The notes beneath the pieces were generated by a model, which was not told where the DNA came from, made no database searches, and was given only the letters and a program-made list of their open reading frames with translations. Below, piece after piece: positions 29,129 through 37,977 of a stretch of DNA of 64,000 nucleotides. Position numbers and translations under genes: made by a program. This DNA comes from Kiritimatiellia bacterium (GTDB lineage: Bacteria; Verrucomicrobiota; Kiritimatiellia; RFP12; UBA1067): contig DAOTKE010000001.1 of NCBI GenBank assembly GCA_035449085.1, forward strand, positions 1,232 through 65,231, written 5' to 3'. Position 1 is the first letter of the stretch; each line of letters begins with the position of its first letter.

Positions 29129-29146
29129 CGCCTCTCGCTCCGGTTT

Positions 29147-29611
29147 TCATTGGATCACGACCAGCGAAATGCCGGCGTGTGCGCCTCTCGGTTTCATGGC
29201 TTTCAGCCAAGCCGGCATTTCCGAACCGGCGGTCTCGGTGGCATTGGTGGTGACATCGATCACGGTGGGCGAGGAGGCGGCCAGTGTCTGCATGACCTCT
29301 TGCAGGCGCGCGGTGTTACGCCGGTCCAGATGCGTCGAGGTGGAGAGCGCCCCCAGAATGCCGCCGACCAGCGTACAGATGATCGAGACCAGGATCAGCG
29401 TTGAGAGCTTCACAGCGAGCCGCCCGTTCTGATCAGTGTGCAGGCCCTCCTGCGCACGCACACGCTCGCGAACCGATTCCAGACGCTCGCGCTCCAGCAA
29501 GATACGCTCGCGCTCCAGTTTCAGCTTCTCCTGTTCAATCTGCAGCTCCGTGCGCGACAAAGCTTCATCGCCGGTCGTTGACCCGAGCTGCAAGTGATCG
29601 GTCACATCCAT
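29147..29611 (-). CDS. Hypothetical membrane protein with N-terminal coiled coil
   Basis: 154 aa. EQEKLKLERERILLERERLESVRERV coiled coil, then one TM helix. In-operon spacing: 18-nt gaps on both sides. Confidence 0.4.
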   Translation of the reverse strand: MDVTDHLQLGSTTGDEALSRTELQIEQEKLKLERERILLERERLESVRERVRAQEGLHTDQNGRLAVKLSTLILVSIICTLVGGILGALSTSTHLDRRNTARLQEVMQTLAASSPTVIDVTTNATETAGSEMPAWLKAMKPRGAHAGISLVVIQ

Positions 29612-29629
29612 GCGAAGACCTCCTCTTGG

Positions 29630-30826
29630 TTACACGCGAAGCTGCGCGAAACGCGTGCAGACAGGCAACGGACCGACCAGCGGCCGTGCGTAGTCAACGA
29701 ACGCCTGCGTGACGTCGTTGCCGTCCTTGCTGATGAATTCCGCCGGCATACTGCGTGTGTCGCGCGCCACGTTGCGGAGCGGGACGACGGCGAACTCCAC
29801 TTTATACGCCTTGGTGTTGCGGCGTTTGATGGCGATCGAACCGCTGGAGATCTCATCCTCGACCGCAGCCTTGACCGCTGCGACGCCGACCAGCCGCGCC
29901 TCCATGGCGTCCGTGGCCGACGCGATGCCGGGGAAGGAGCGCTGCAGATAGCCGAACGTGTCGGCGCGCACCCGTTTGATCCCGGCCTTCTCTTTGAGCA
30001 CCTTGGCCAGCAGGTCGCCCAGCGCACCGGTGCCGCTGAGCTGCACGTTGCCGTGCGAGTCGGTCTCCTGCGTGTAGGCCGCGAGGATCGGCGTGCCGGT
30101 CCGGTCGGTGATGCCCTCGGAAACCGCCACCACACACCGTCCGTAACGCTTCATCGCGGCTTTCACATCTTTGACGAAACGATCCATGCTGAACGCGCGT
30201 TCCGGCAGATAGATCAGGTGCGGGCCGTCATCGGCTTCCGTGCGCGCCAAGGCGGCTGCGGCCGTCAGGAATCCCGCGTTGCGGCCCATGATGACGTCGA
30301 TCTTCACACCGCCCAGCGCACGGTTGTCCAGATCGTCGCCCTTTATCGCGCAGGCCACAAAGCGCGCGGCACTGCCATAGCCCGGCGTGTGGTCGTTCTC
30401 GCGCAAGTCGTTGTCGATGGTCTTGGGAATGTGGAAGCAACTGATGCCGTACTCGGCCTTCACCGCCTCTTCATTGATGATGTGTACGGTCTCGGCCGAA
30501 TCGTTGCCGCCGATGTAGAAAAAGTAGCGGATCTCCAGTTTCCGCAAAACCTTGAAAATGGCCTGGCAATCTTCCGGCGTCGGTTTGCGGCGCACCGATC
30601 CCAGTGCCGACGCGGGGGTATTGGCCACCGCCTCCAGCGTGGACCGGCTCTCTTTACGCAGGTCAATGAAACGCTCGTCGAGAATGCCCTGGATACCGTT
30701 CAGCGCCCCGAAAATCTTGCCGACGGCGCGGTTTTCCCGAGCGGCCAACACCGCACCGACCAGGCTCTGGTTGATCACCATCGAGGGACCGCCGCTCTGG
30801 GCGATCAGCATATTACCTTTTTTCAT
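29630..30826 (-). CDS. pfp: 6-phosphofructokinase, PPi-dependent type (diphosphate--fructose-6-phosphate 1-phosphotransferase)
   Basis: True start is ATG 30826 (MKKGNMLIAQSGGP) with RBS AGGAGG. Upstream ORF extension is antisense junk. GGNDS replaces the GGDGS of ATP-PFKs, and PKTIDNDL (Lys) is the PPi-PFK signature. MGR motif present. Confidence 0.75.
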   Translation of the reverse strand: MKKGNMLIAQSGGPSMVINQSLVGAVLAARENRAVGKIFGALNGIQGILDERFIDLRKESRSTLEAVANTPASALGSVRRKPTPEDCQAIFKVLRKLEIRYFFYIGGNDSAETVHIINEEAVKAEYGISCFHIPKTIDNDLRENDHTPGYGSAARFVACAIKGDDLDNRALGGVKIDVIMGRNAGFLTAAAALARTEADDGPHLIYLPERAFSMDRFVKDVKAAMKRYGRCVVAVSEGITDRTGTPILAAYTQETDSHGNVQLSGTGALGDLLAKVLKEKAGIKRVRADTFGYLQRSFPGIASATDAMEARLVGVAAVKAAVEDEISSGSIAIKRRNTKAYKVEFAVVPLRNVARDTRSMPAEFISKDGNDVTQAFVDYARPLVGPLPVCTRFAQLRV

Positions 30827-30868
30827 TCCGCGACCTCCTTTTTCAAAGCAGTATGATATACTTTCTGC

Positions 30869-31399
30869 ATGCGACAAGGCAAACCTCCGTTTGAAAAGCC
30901 CGGCGAATATCAGGATGTTCCCGAGCTGTTTGATTGCGCTCCCGATGAATCCGATTTTATCGTGCGGCCAAGAGGCGCACGTCGGACACTCACACCGCGC
31001 GATAAGGAACGTAACCGCCGTGTGGGCGAACTGTTCAGGCACGTGATTCCCGGATTGCCGATCGACGCTGATCCGCCCGAGACGCGAATGGAACCCGAAC
31101 CGCTCGCGGCGATGATCGAGCAAACACTCAAACGGCTGAAGATCAACGAGAGCCCTTGGCTGATTGATCTGAATCGCGCGTGGCCCACGCTGGTGCCGCC
31201 CGAAGTGGCGCGCGTGGCGCGCCCCGGCAAATGGGAGGACGGCATCCTCTTCGTCTATGTGACCTCGTCGATCAAACTTTTTGAACTCCGCCGTACGCAC
31301 CTGCGGCGCATCGAGGAGGCCGTGAAGGGTTTCGTCGGCGCCGGGCGCGTGCGTCAAGTGCGTCTGATGGTCAACACGGTCTCGCTCCCTTTTTCTTGA
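30869..31399 (+). CDS. DUF721 (DciA-like) protein
   Basis: 176 aa. C-terminal ..WPTLVPPEVARVARPGKWEDGILFVYVTSSIKLFELRRTHLRRIEEAV fits the DUF721 pattern. Confidence 0.55.
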   Translation: MRQGKPPFEKPGEYQDVPELFDCAPDESDFIVRPRGARRTLTPRDKERNRRVGELFRHVIPGLPIDADPPETRMEPEPLAAMIEQTLKRLKINESPWLIDLNRAWPTLVPPEVARVARPGKWEDGILFVYVTSSIKLFELRRTHLRRIEEAVKGFVGAGRVRQVRLMVNTVSLPFS

Positions 31400-31520
31400 G
31401 AGGTTCTGCCCCGAGTCCACCACGGCAGCTTGAGTTTCAGGTTGGACTGGATCTTGAAGGTGACGCCGGGAAAGGCGGAGGTGTCAAAAAGACGATTGCG
31501 CCGTGCAGGGTGGATGCCGC

Positions 31521-32849
31521 TCAGCTCCACTGACGGTCGTTGGCCCATTCGGCGTCCCACTGTTCGGTGGAGGCCCAGGGCTCGGGAAACTGCGGGTGGC
31601 ACTTCTCTTTGATGAGATCCTCATTCAGCGTCTCGATGCCAAGGCCAGGGGCGTTGGGAACCGCGATGAAACCGTCCTTAATGAGCGGCTTGGGCAGGCC
31701 GGTCACCAGATCCTCCCACCACGGCACGTCGACGGAATGCACCTCCAGCGCGGTGAAGTTGCGGGTGGCTGCGGCCACATGCACGGCGGCCATGCAGGCG
31801 ATCGGGCTTTCGGCCATATGGATGGCCATCGCAACGCCATGATCCTCGGCGAGGTCGCCGACTTTCTTCGTTTCCATGATGCCGCCTGCGGAGAGCACGT
31901 CGGGGTGGACCACCGCGATGCCGCCCGACTTGAGCAGCGGCATGAAGTTCTCTTTGAGGTAGATATCCTCGCCCGTGCCGATCGGCGTCGTGGTGGCGTT
32001 CGCGAGCCGGACATACTGGTCGGTCATCTGCCACGGCACCGGGTCTTCCATCCAGGCGAGGTTGAACTTCTCCAGGCGCCTGGCCAGCTTGATGCAGTCT
32101 TCCAGTGGGACGTGTCCGATGTGGTCGATGGCGAGCGGGATTTCATAGCCGATCTCGCTGCGCACGTCGGCCATGTACTGCTCGAGGAAATCGAGCCCCT
32201 GCTCGGTGATGTGGATGCCGGTGAAGGGGTGGGCCGTGCTGAAGAGATCGTACGCTTCGCCGCGCATGGCGCGCGGGTCGATCGAGCCGTGCGGCGTGCT
32301 GAAGACGGTTCTCTTGTAATGGCGCATGGTCTCGAGGAAGCCGCCGGGCGCGTTGAGGCAACCGGGCTTGTCCATGAGCAGCTCGATGCCGAGATCCATC
32401 TTCAGGTAGGTGAAGCCCTGCGCCATGCGTTCTTTAAGGGCCTTGCCCATGTCGCGGCCGCCGCCTTCGGAGTCGGTGTCGCAATAGATGCGCACGCTGT
32501 CGCGGAACTTGCCGCCGAGGAGCTGCCACACCGGCACGCCCCACGCCTTGCCCGCCAAGTCCCAGAGCGCCACTTCAACGCCGCAGACGCCGCCGGCCTG
32601 GCGCGAGTGCCCGCCGAACTGCTTGATGCGGCGGAATATCTTCTCCACGTTGCAGGGATTCTCGCCGAGGATGCGGCTCTTGAGCATCGCGGCATAGGTG
32701 CGGCTCGAAGCGTCGCGCACTTCGCCGTAGCCGATCAGCCCTTGGTTGGTGTAGACCTTGATGAGCGTGCAGCGTTTGGGCGCGCCGTCGATGTCGGCGA
32801 AGCGGATGTCGGTAATCTTCAGGTTGGAGGGATCGATTGTCGTGGCCAT
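31521..32849 (-). CDS. Enolase-superfamily enzyme (mandelate racemase/muconate lactonizing family; sugar-acid dehydratase-like)
   Basis: 442 aa. Capping and barrel-domain character throughout. Metal ligands in DxD..E..D arrangement (LAIDHIG, AWMEDP, GEDIY). Confidence 0.8.
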   Translation of the reverse strand: MATTIDPSNLKITDIRFADIDGAPKRCTLIKVYTNQGLIGYGEVRDASSRTYAAMLKSRILGENPCNVEKIFRRIKQFGGHSRQAGGVCGVEVALWDLAGKAWGVPVWQLLGGKFRDSVRIYCDTDSEGGGRDMGKALKERMAQGFTYLKMDLGIELLMDKPGCLNAPGGFLETMRHYKRTVFSTPHGSIDPRAMRGEAYDLFSTAHPFTGIHITEQGLDFLEQYMADVRSEIGYEIPLAIDHIGHVPLEDCIKLARRLEKFNLAWMEDPVPWQMTDQYVRLANATTTPIGTGEDIYLKENFMPLLKSGGIAVVHPDVLSAGGIMETKKVGDLAEDHGVAMAIHMAESPIACMAAVHVAAATRNFTALEVHSVDVPWWEDLVTGLPKPLIKDGFIAVPNAPGLGIETLNEDLIKEKCHPQFPEPWASTEQWDAEWANDRQWS

Positions 32850-33493
32850 GTTGTCTGTCCTTGGGTTAAACGGGCCGGGGACACCGGGCCCGTCGTCAGA
32901 GTATCGTAAAGTTTTACTCCGCGCCTGACCACCGTATTTTGCGCAAAATAATTAGCGGATTTGCGCATGCTGCTGATAAGGAACGCTAAACGCCGAACAT
33001 CGGGCGCCGGACATTGAACGTGGCAGGCATGCGAACCGGTCCTTGGTTCACTTGTCATGAGAAGTGAGATGGCCCGGCACGCATCGGGACTTGCGTCTCT
33101 GAGCCTCGAAGACCCTGCTCTTCTTCTCGCGCAGGACGACGAAAACGCCGCGCAGCGTGAGTCCGAACAGGAAGGCCAGACCGACGCAGGCCCTGTCCGC
33201 TGCCTTCTTCCCGCTGTGACGCGTCCAGTCGATGCTGTTCGGCGTGAGCAGGGGCGTGGTCGAGCCGATGGCGCAGATGTCGCGCTTCAGGCTGCCCGCG
33301 CGCACGGTCTGGCCGTAGAGCGGCGCCGACACGTGGCTGGCACGGGAGAACGCCCTGATGTCCGCTCCCGCCTCCCGCGCGAGCCTGTCCGGCAGTCCTT
33401 CGGGATCCACTGGGTGCTCTGCCTCAGTACGGTGCAGGCTGTCTCCGTTGGCCTCGTGGTTGCGCGTTTACGCGCCTTTGTTTTATTTTCATG

Positions 33494-33512
33494 CGCCTGT
33501 AGACTACAGGCG
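33494..33512. promoter_or_regulatory. Perfect 19-bp palindrome CGCCTGTAG-A-CTACAGGCG (candidate operator) in divergent AT-rich control region
   Basis: Exact inverted repeat. A second palindrome GCGCGT-TT-ACGCGC at 33462-33475. A candidate -35 TTGACT at 33559-33564. Lies upstream of surface-protein gene 33689. Confidence 0.3.
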
Positions 33513-33688
33513 GACGACCCCGGGGGCCGACACTTTTCTGAAATTTTTGTTTTTATGGTTGACTTTTTACCCTCACCCGCACAATGTGTACCTAAGAGGA
33601 TTGGAGTGCTGGTAAATTTCTCCGCTCTGCCTTATGGGGATGGTAGTGACCTGGTCCATGCCAAACCAAAACAGAAGGACGGATAACA

Positions 33689-35809
33689 ATGAGTGCACGC
33701 TGTTTGCCTGTTTGCCTGATCGGAATGACGGTGACCGCTTTCTCGCGCGACCTTGTGTGGCTCGGCACAGAGACCGACAACAACTGGGATCTCGTCACGG
33801 ACAACTGGTACGTGAAAGGCGACGAGACGAAAACGCGCGTCCGTTTTGAGTCAGGCGACAACGTCTTCTTTCTCGAAAACGAATGGGTGAATCCATCCAC
33901 GCAACTCGTCCGCACCAACACAACGACCTCGTGGACGAAGGAGTTCGACATCGGGGCGATTGTCATCAGCAACGAGACGTCGACCTTCACTTGGAAATGT
34001 AATGTGCTCGGCTATGTTGACTCTATTGTTTTTCAGGCGACGTCCATCGACAAATACGGCAACGGTGACTTGGCCACGCCGTTTTGTTTCGAGTGGAACT
34101 GTGACTTCAACATGCATGGCGGGCGGTTCATCTCCTCCAACGGATCGACCCATCCCAACGACTACCGTAACGACACGGGATCTATGAGAGTGCCGCGCAC
34201 AGTCAGATTTCTCACGGGGTCAACCTGGGACGTGATCAGCGGCACGGGGTTCGGCGGCGCCGGAAACGGAGCGCCGATCAACGTGATATTTTCCAACGCA
34301 ACGGTCAAGGTCTCACAGAATTCACAGTACGTGAATTTGCCGAAGGCGACTTTTTACGACACGGCTTTTAGCCTCGCCGGCAACACGGCTCCGGGGCGTG
34401 CGTTGCTCTTCACCGGTGACATTGTCGTTACCGGCACCAAGCCGACAACCATTCCATCCGGCCGCACATTGGTCCTCGGCCGGCGGGACAGGGTGCCCCT
34501 CACTGTGCGGGTCGACGACGTCACCGGTGATGACGACATCGACTTCACCGTGGCCGGTATACTCTGCAACATGAGCCTCACCGCCAATAACACCACTTAC
34601 ACGGGCTACGGAAACTTCAGGAAGACCGGCCCCGGCACGATGTCGATCACTTACAATAACAACACGTTCACCGGCAACGTCGAGATTGCCGAGGGCACGT
34701 TGCGGCTCGACAACGTTTCGCCGAGCATCGGGGTCGGATACAACTACCTGTGCGGTGCGCTTGGCGCCGTGGACGGCTGTGACCGGACGATCAGAGTCAG
34801 GAGTGGCGCCAAGCTGTGTAACGGGAACAATGGGGCCGCCTTCGGCCTCCTCAATACGCCGATGAGCATCAAAGTCGCGGTCGAAGACGGCAGTGCGCTC
34901 ATTCTGGGTGAGACGCAGAATAACTTTGGCCATCTGTCACTGGAAGGCGGCGATTTGCTCTATACGAACGGTTCCCAAATCACCTGGATCGAGTACGGGT
35001 TGATCTCCATCGGTAAGAAGCTGTCCTTCTCGGGGCCAAGGCCCTACGACCTGCAGATCCGCGGCACCCACAATGTCATGTACCTCGGCTTCACACTCGA
35101 GAGTCAGCTTGACACAGAGCCGATCAGTCCGAGTCAGCCGCACTTCACCAACCTTTGGAGCGTGGTGGAAATTGAGGTCGCCGACATCACGGGTGATTCC
35201 GGCATTGACGCCGCAATCGGCCTGCCGATGCGCGACATGGTCAACATGTGCTACCCAACCTACGGCGACTCGCCGAACAGCTATACATACATACCTGCGC
35301 CTTGGATCAACAGCTATTACCGCGACGGCATCCGCAAAACCGGCCCCGGCACGCTGCGGCTGAACGGCGCGAACACCTTCACGCACACGACGGAAGTCGC
35401 CGAGGGCACCTTGCTGGTGGACAGCACGGTTGCGCTGTCGAGCGGCGTGATTGTCGATCCCGGCGCTTTTCTGGGCGGGACGGGCACGGTTTCAGCGGTG
35501 ACGTTGAAGGACGGCGCCGGCATCGTCTGCACGGCAAACCGCGAACAGGAGCATGTCCTGAAGATGCCGTCACTGACGGTCGAGGGTGCGGTGACGGTAC
35601 GCGTGCTCAATCCCGGCGGTACCACAGCCAATGCGTTCAATCAGAACCTGCTACAGATCATCGGACGGCCCGTGTCCGTCGATTTACGGGATTGGCGTGT
35701 CTCGTTCGAGGGATCCGAGGAGACGGCGATGTTTGCCTTCAAGTACGACGCGACGACAGGCATCGTTTCGTCGCACTACGCGGGCGGCACGGCTATCTTC
35801 GTCCAGTGA
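33689..35809 (+). CDS. Giant PATR (autotransporter-associated beta strand repeat) secreted protein 2
   Basis: 706 aa. Signal peptide MSARCLPVCLIGMTVTAFS. Repeats ..RKTGPGTMSITYNNNTFTGNVEIAEGTLRLDN.. and ..RKTGPGTLRLNGANTFTHTTEVAEGTLLVDS.. Confidence 0.8.
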   Translation: MSARCLPVCLIGMTVTAFSRDLVWLGTETDNNWDLVTDNWYVKGDETKTRVRFESGDNVFFLENEWVNPSTQLVRTNTTTSWTKEFDIGAIVISNETSTFTWKCNVLGYVDSIVFQATSIDKYGNGDLATPFCFEWNCDFNMHGGRFISSNGSTHPNDYRNDTGSMRVPRTVRFLTGSTWDVISGTGFGGAGNGAPINVIFSNATVKVSQNSQYVNLPKATFYDTAFSLAGNTAPGRALLFTGDIVVTGTKPTTIPSGRTLVLGRRDRVPLTVRVDDVTGDDDIDFTVAGILCNMSLTANNTTYTGYGNFRKTGPGTMSITYNNNTFTGNVEIAEGTLRLDNVSPSIGVGYNYLCGALGAVDGCDRTIRVRSGAKLCNGNNGAAFGLLNTPMSIKVAVEDGSALILGETQNNFGHLSLEGGDLLYTNGSQITWIEYGLISIGKKLSFSGPRPYDLQIRGTHNVMYLGFTLESQLDTEPISPSQPHFTNLWSVVEIEVADITGDSGIDAAIGLPMRDMVNMCYPTYGDSPNSYTYIPAPWINSYYRDGIRKTGPGTLRLNGANTFTHTTEVAEGTLLVDSTVALSSGVIVDPGAFLGGTGTVSAVTLKDGAGIVCTANREQEHVLKMPSLTVEGAVTVRVLNPGGTTANAFNQNLLQIIGRPVSVDLRDWRVSFEGSEETAMFAFKYDATTGIVSSHYAGGTAIFVQ

Positions 35810-35914
35810 GACAGGGATGTGCGAAGTTCATGCGTTTCTGGAGAAAAGGGAGGCAGACGAGTCGGGCACGGGCAGCCTGCCCGCAACAACGTGTTGGGGA
35901 TTGGTTTCATCCCA

Positions 35915-35968
35915 ATCGCTATCGAAATCGGGATCGCTATCGAAATCGGGATCGGGATCGAAATCGAC
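35915..35968. repeat. (ATCGNN)9 hexamer tandem array; an inverted partner array (GATNNN)6 at 36142-36177
   Basis: ATCGCT ATCGAA ATCGGG repeated (18-bp unit x2 plus 3 more hexamers). The inverted copy flanks the other side of the 36039-36073 hairpin. Between convergent genes. Confidence 0.7.
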
Positions 35969-36038
35969 AGGGTTCTCGCCGTAGGGCTTCGCTCCCTCCC
36001 AAATCCGACAGCCTGTCACGAAGCCATGGATCCTTCGC

Positions 36039-36073
36039 CGAACGACGGCGGCCCGACAGGCCGCCGTCGTTCG
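36039..36073. terminator. Perfect 15-bp-stem hairpin (CGAACGACGGCGGCC-CGACA-GGCCGCCGTCGTTCG), probable bidirectional terminator between convergent genes
   Basis: Exact inverted repeat with 5-nt loop. Located 230 nt after the + strand gene stop and 130 nt after the - strand hydA stop. No U-tract. Confidence 0.5.
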
Positions 36074-36202
36074 CATAGACCCACGTGACGTGGCGATCGC
36101 GGAGGGGGAGACGTCGAATCGCGCGTGTCCCCGTGTTGTCCGATCCCGATGGCGATAGCGATTCCGATAGCGATGCCCCAACTAACGCACGAACGCGCAC
36201 AC

Positions 36203-37957
36203 TTACTTCGCGTAGATCTTCTTCGCGTGGTAGTGGTTGTGCAGCAGGTGGTGCGCCTTCTCGCTGAGCGGTGCGCCCAGGTACTCCGCGTACAGCTTCT
36301 GAACCTGCGGGTTCAGGTGCGACATGCGGATCACGCACTTCTCGTCATCCGTGTAGATGCCGGCCGTGCGGGCCTTGCGCACCTCGTCCGTGGCGCCGGT
36401 CGGCTGTCCGCCGCCGCCGACACAACCGCCGCGGCAGGCCATGACTTCGATGAAGTCGTAGCGCGGCTTGCGGCCGGCCTTGCGGTCTTCGCGGATGGCG
36501 TCCAGAACCTGCTCGACGTTGCCCATCTGGTGGGCGACCGCGATCTTGACCGGCGTCCCCTTGATGTCGATCGTCGCTTCCTTCACGCCTTCCATGCCGC
36601 GGACGGCCTCAAAATTGATCGACGGCGGCTGGGCGTCGCCGGTGATCAGGCAATAAGCGGTACGCAGGGCGGCTTCCATCACGCCGCCGGTGACGCCGAA
36701 GATCGTGCCAGCGCCGGTGTAATCGCCCAAGATCGAGTCGGCCTCTTCCTTCTCCAGCTTGGAGAAATCGATGCCGGCGCTCTTGAACATACGGGCCAGT
36801 TCGCGTGTGGTGAGCACCACGTCGACGTCCTGATGTCCGCTGGCGAACATGTTCTCGCTGCGCGAAATCTCGTACTTCTTGGCCGTGCACGGCATAATCG
36901 AGACCATGAAGATGCGGGCGGGGTCGATGCCCATTTTTTCCGCATAGTAAGTCTTGGCCAGCACACCCAGCATCTGCTGCGGCGACTTGGCGGTCGAGAA
37001 GTTGTCCATGAAATCCTGGGCATACTTCTCCATCCAGTCGGTCCACGCCGGGCAGCACGAGGTGATCAACGGCAACTTGCCGCCGCCGGTGAAGCGCTTG
37101 ATGAACTCGGAGCCTTCCTCCATGATGGTCACGTCGGCACTGTAGTTGGTGTCGAAGACCGCCTTGAAGCCGAGGCGCCGCAGGCCAGCATAGGTCTCGC
37201 CGGTCATCAGCGTGCCGGGCGGCAGGCCGAACGCCTCGCCGATCGCGACGCGCACGGCCGGGGCAATCTGCACCACGCAGTATTTGCTCTCGTCGCGCAA
37301 GGCGTTCCACACTTCACGGGTCTGGTCACGCTCATAGATCGCGCCGACCGGGCAGTGAGCCGAGCACTGGCCGCACTTGATGCAGGGCGACTCGTTGAGC
37401 GTGACATCGGCGGCGGGTGCCATGCGGGTTTTTTCGCCGCGGCCGATGAACTCCAGCGCCCAGACGTTCTGCATCTCTTGGCAGACGATGGCGCAGCGGC
37501 CGCACTTCACGCACTTCTCGGGATTCAGCACGATGGAGGGCGTGGAGGTGTCGACCGGGATATTCGGCACTTCGGCCGGGAAGGGATTTTCGCGGATGCC
37601 GAAATCCGCCGCGAGTTTCTGCAGCTCGCAGATCCCGCTACGCGGACACTGGAGACAGTCGTTCGGGTGGTTGGCCAGAATCAGCTCCAGAACCGTACGG
37701 CGCACACTCACGATGTCCGAGTCGTGCGTGGTGATCTTCATGCCCGGCGCGACTTCAGTACAACAGGCCCGGAGCAGTTTGGGAGACCCAGAGTTGCGGA
37801 CCACACAGATGCCGCACGCCGCCCACGGCTTGAGGTCAGGGTGGTGGCAAAGCGTGGGGATTTTGACATGCACCGCCTTGGCGGCATCCAGGATCGTGGT
37901 GCCGGCCGGGACCTCGACCGGGATCCCGTTGATTTCAAGTTGAACAAGGTTAGACAT
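36203..37957 (-). CDS. hydA: [FeFe]-hydrogenase catalytic subunit (HydA/HndD-like, group A3 multimeric)
   Basis: Start ATG 37957 (MSNLVQLEINGIPV). N-terminal 2Fe-2S domain, two 4Fe-4S ferredoxin motifs (CVKCGRCAIVC, CIKCGQCSAHCP). H-cluster motifs TSCCPAW, MPCTAKK, MACRGGCVGGGGQP. Confidence 0.9.
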   Translation of the reverse strand: MSNLVQLEINGIPVEVPAGTTILDAAKAVHVKIPTLCHHPDLKPWAACGICVVRNSGSPKLLRACCTEVAPGMKITTHDSDIVSVRRTVLELILANHPNDCLQCPRSGICELQKLAADFGIRENPFPAEVPNIPVDTSTPSIVLNPEKCVKCGRCAIVCQEMQNVWALEFIGRGEKTRMAPAADVTLNESPCIKCGQCSAHCPVGAIYERDQTREVWNALRDESKYCVVQIAPAVRVAIGEAFGLPPGTLMTGETYAGLRRLGFKAVFDTNYSADVTIMEEGSEFIKRFTGGGKLPLITSCCPAWTDWMEKYAQDFMDNFSTAKSPQQMLGVLAKTYYAEKMGIDPARIFMVSIMPCTAKKYEISRSENMFASGHQDVDVVLTTRELARMFKSAGIDFSKLEKEEADSILGDYTGAGTIFGVTGGVMEAALRTAYCLITGDAQPPSINFEAVRGMEGVKEATIDIKGTPVKIAVAHQMGNVEQVLDAIREDRKAGRKPRYDFIEVMACRGGCVGGGGQPTGATDEVRKARTAGIYTDDEKCVIRMSHLNPQVQKLYAEYLGAPLSEKAHHLLHNHYHAKKIYAK

Positions 37958-37977
37958 AGTGAAAAGCCCTTTCAGAA

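Noticed and set aside
31503-32909. 468-aa plus-strand ORF opposite the enolase-superfamily gene
   Set aside because: Antisense shadow (Gly/Arg/His-rich, no motifs).
33048-33686. ORFs 33048..33410 (-) and 33057..33686 (+) in the divergent control region
   Set aside because: Low-complexity translations, no RBS; the region is better explained as promoter/operator DNA (palindromes, AT-rich island).
35828-36181. 117-aa minus ORF with DFDPDPDFDSDPDFDSD motif
   Set aside because: Its translation is just the ATCGNN/GATNNN hexamer arrays read in frame, in a convergent intergenic region; no RBS or start context.
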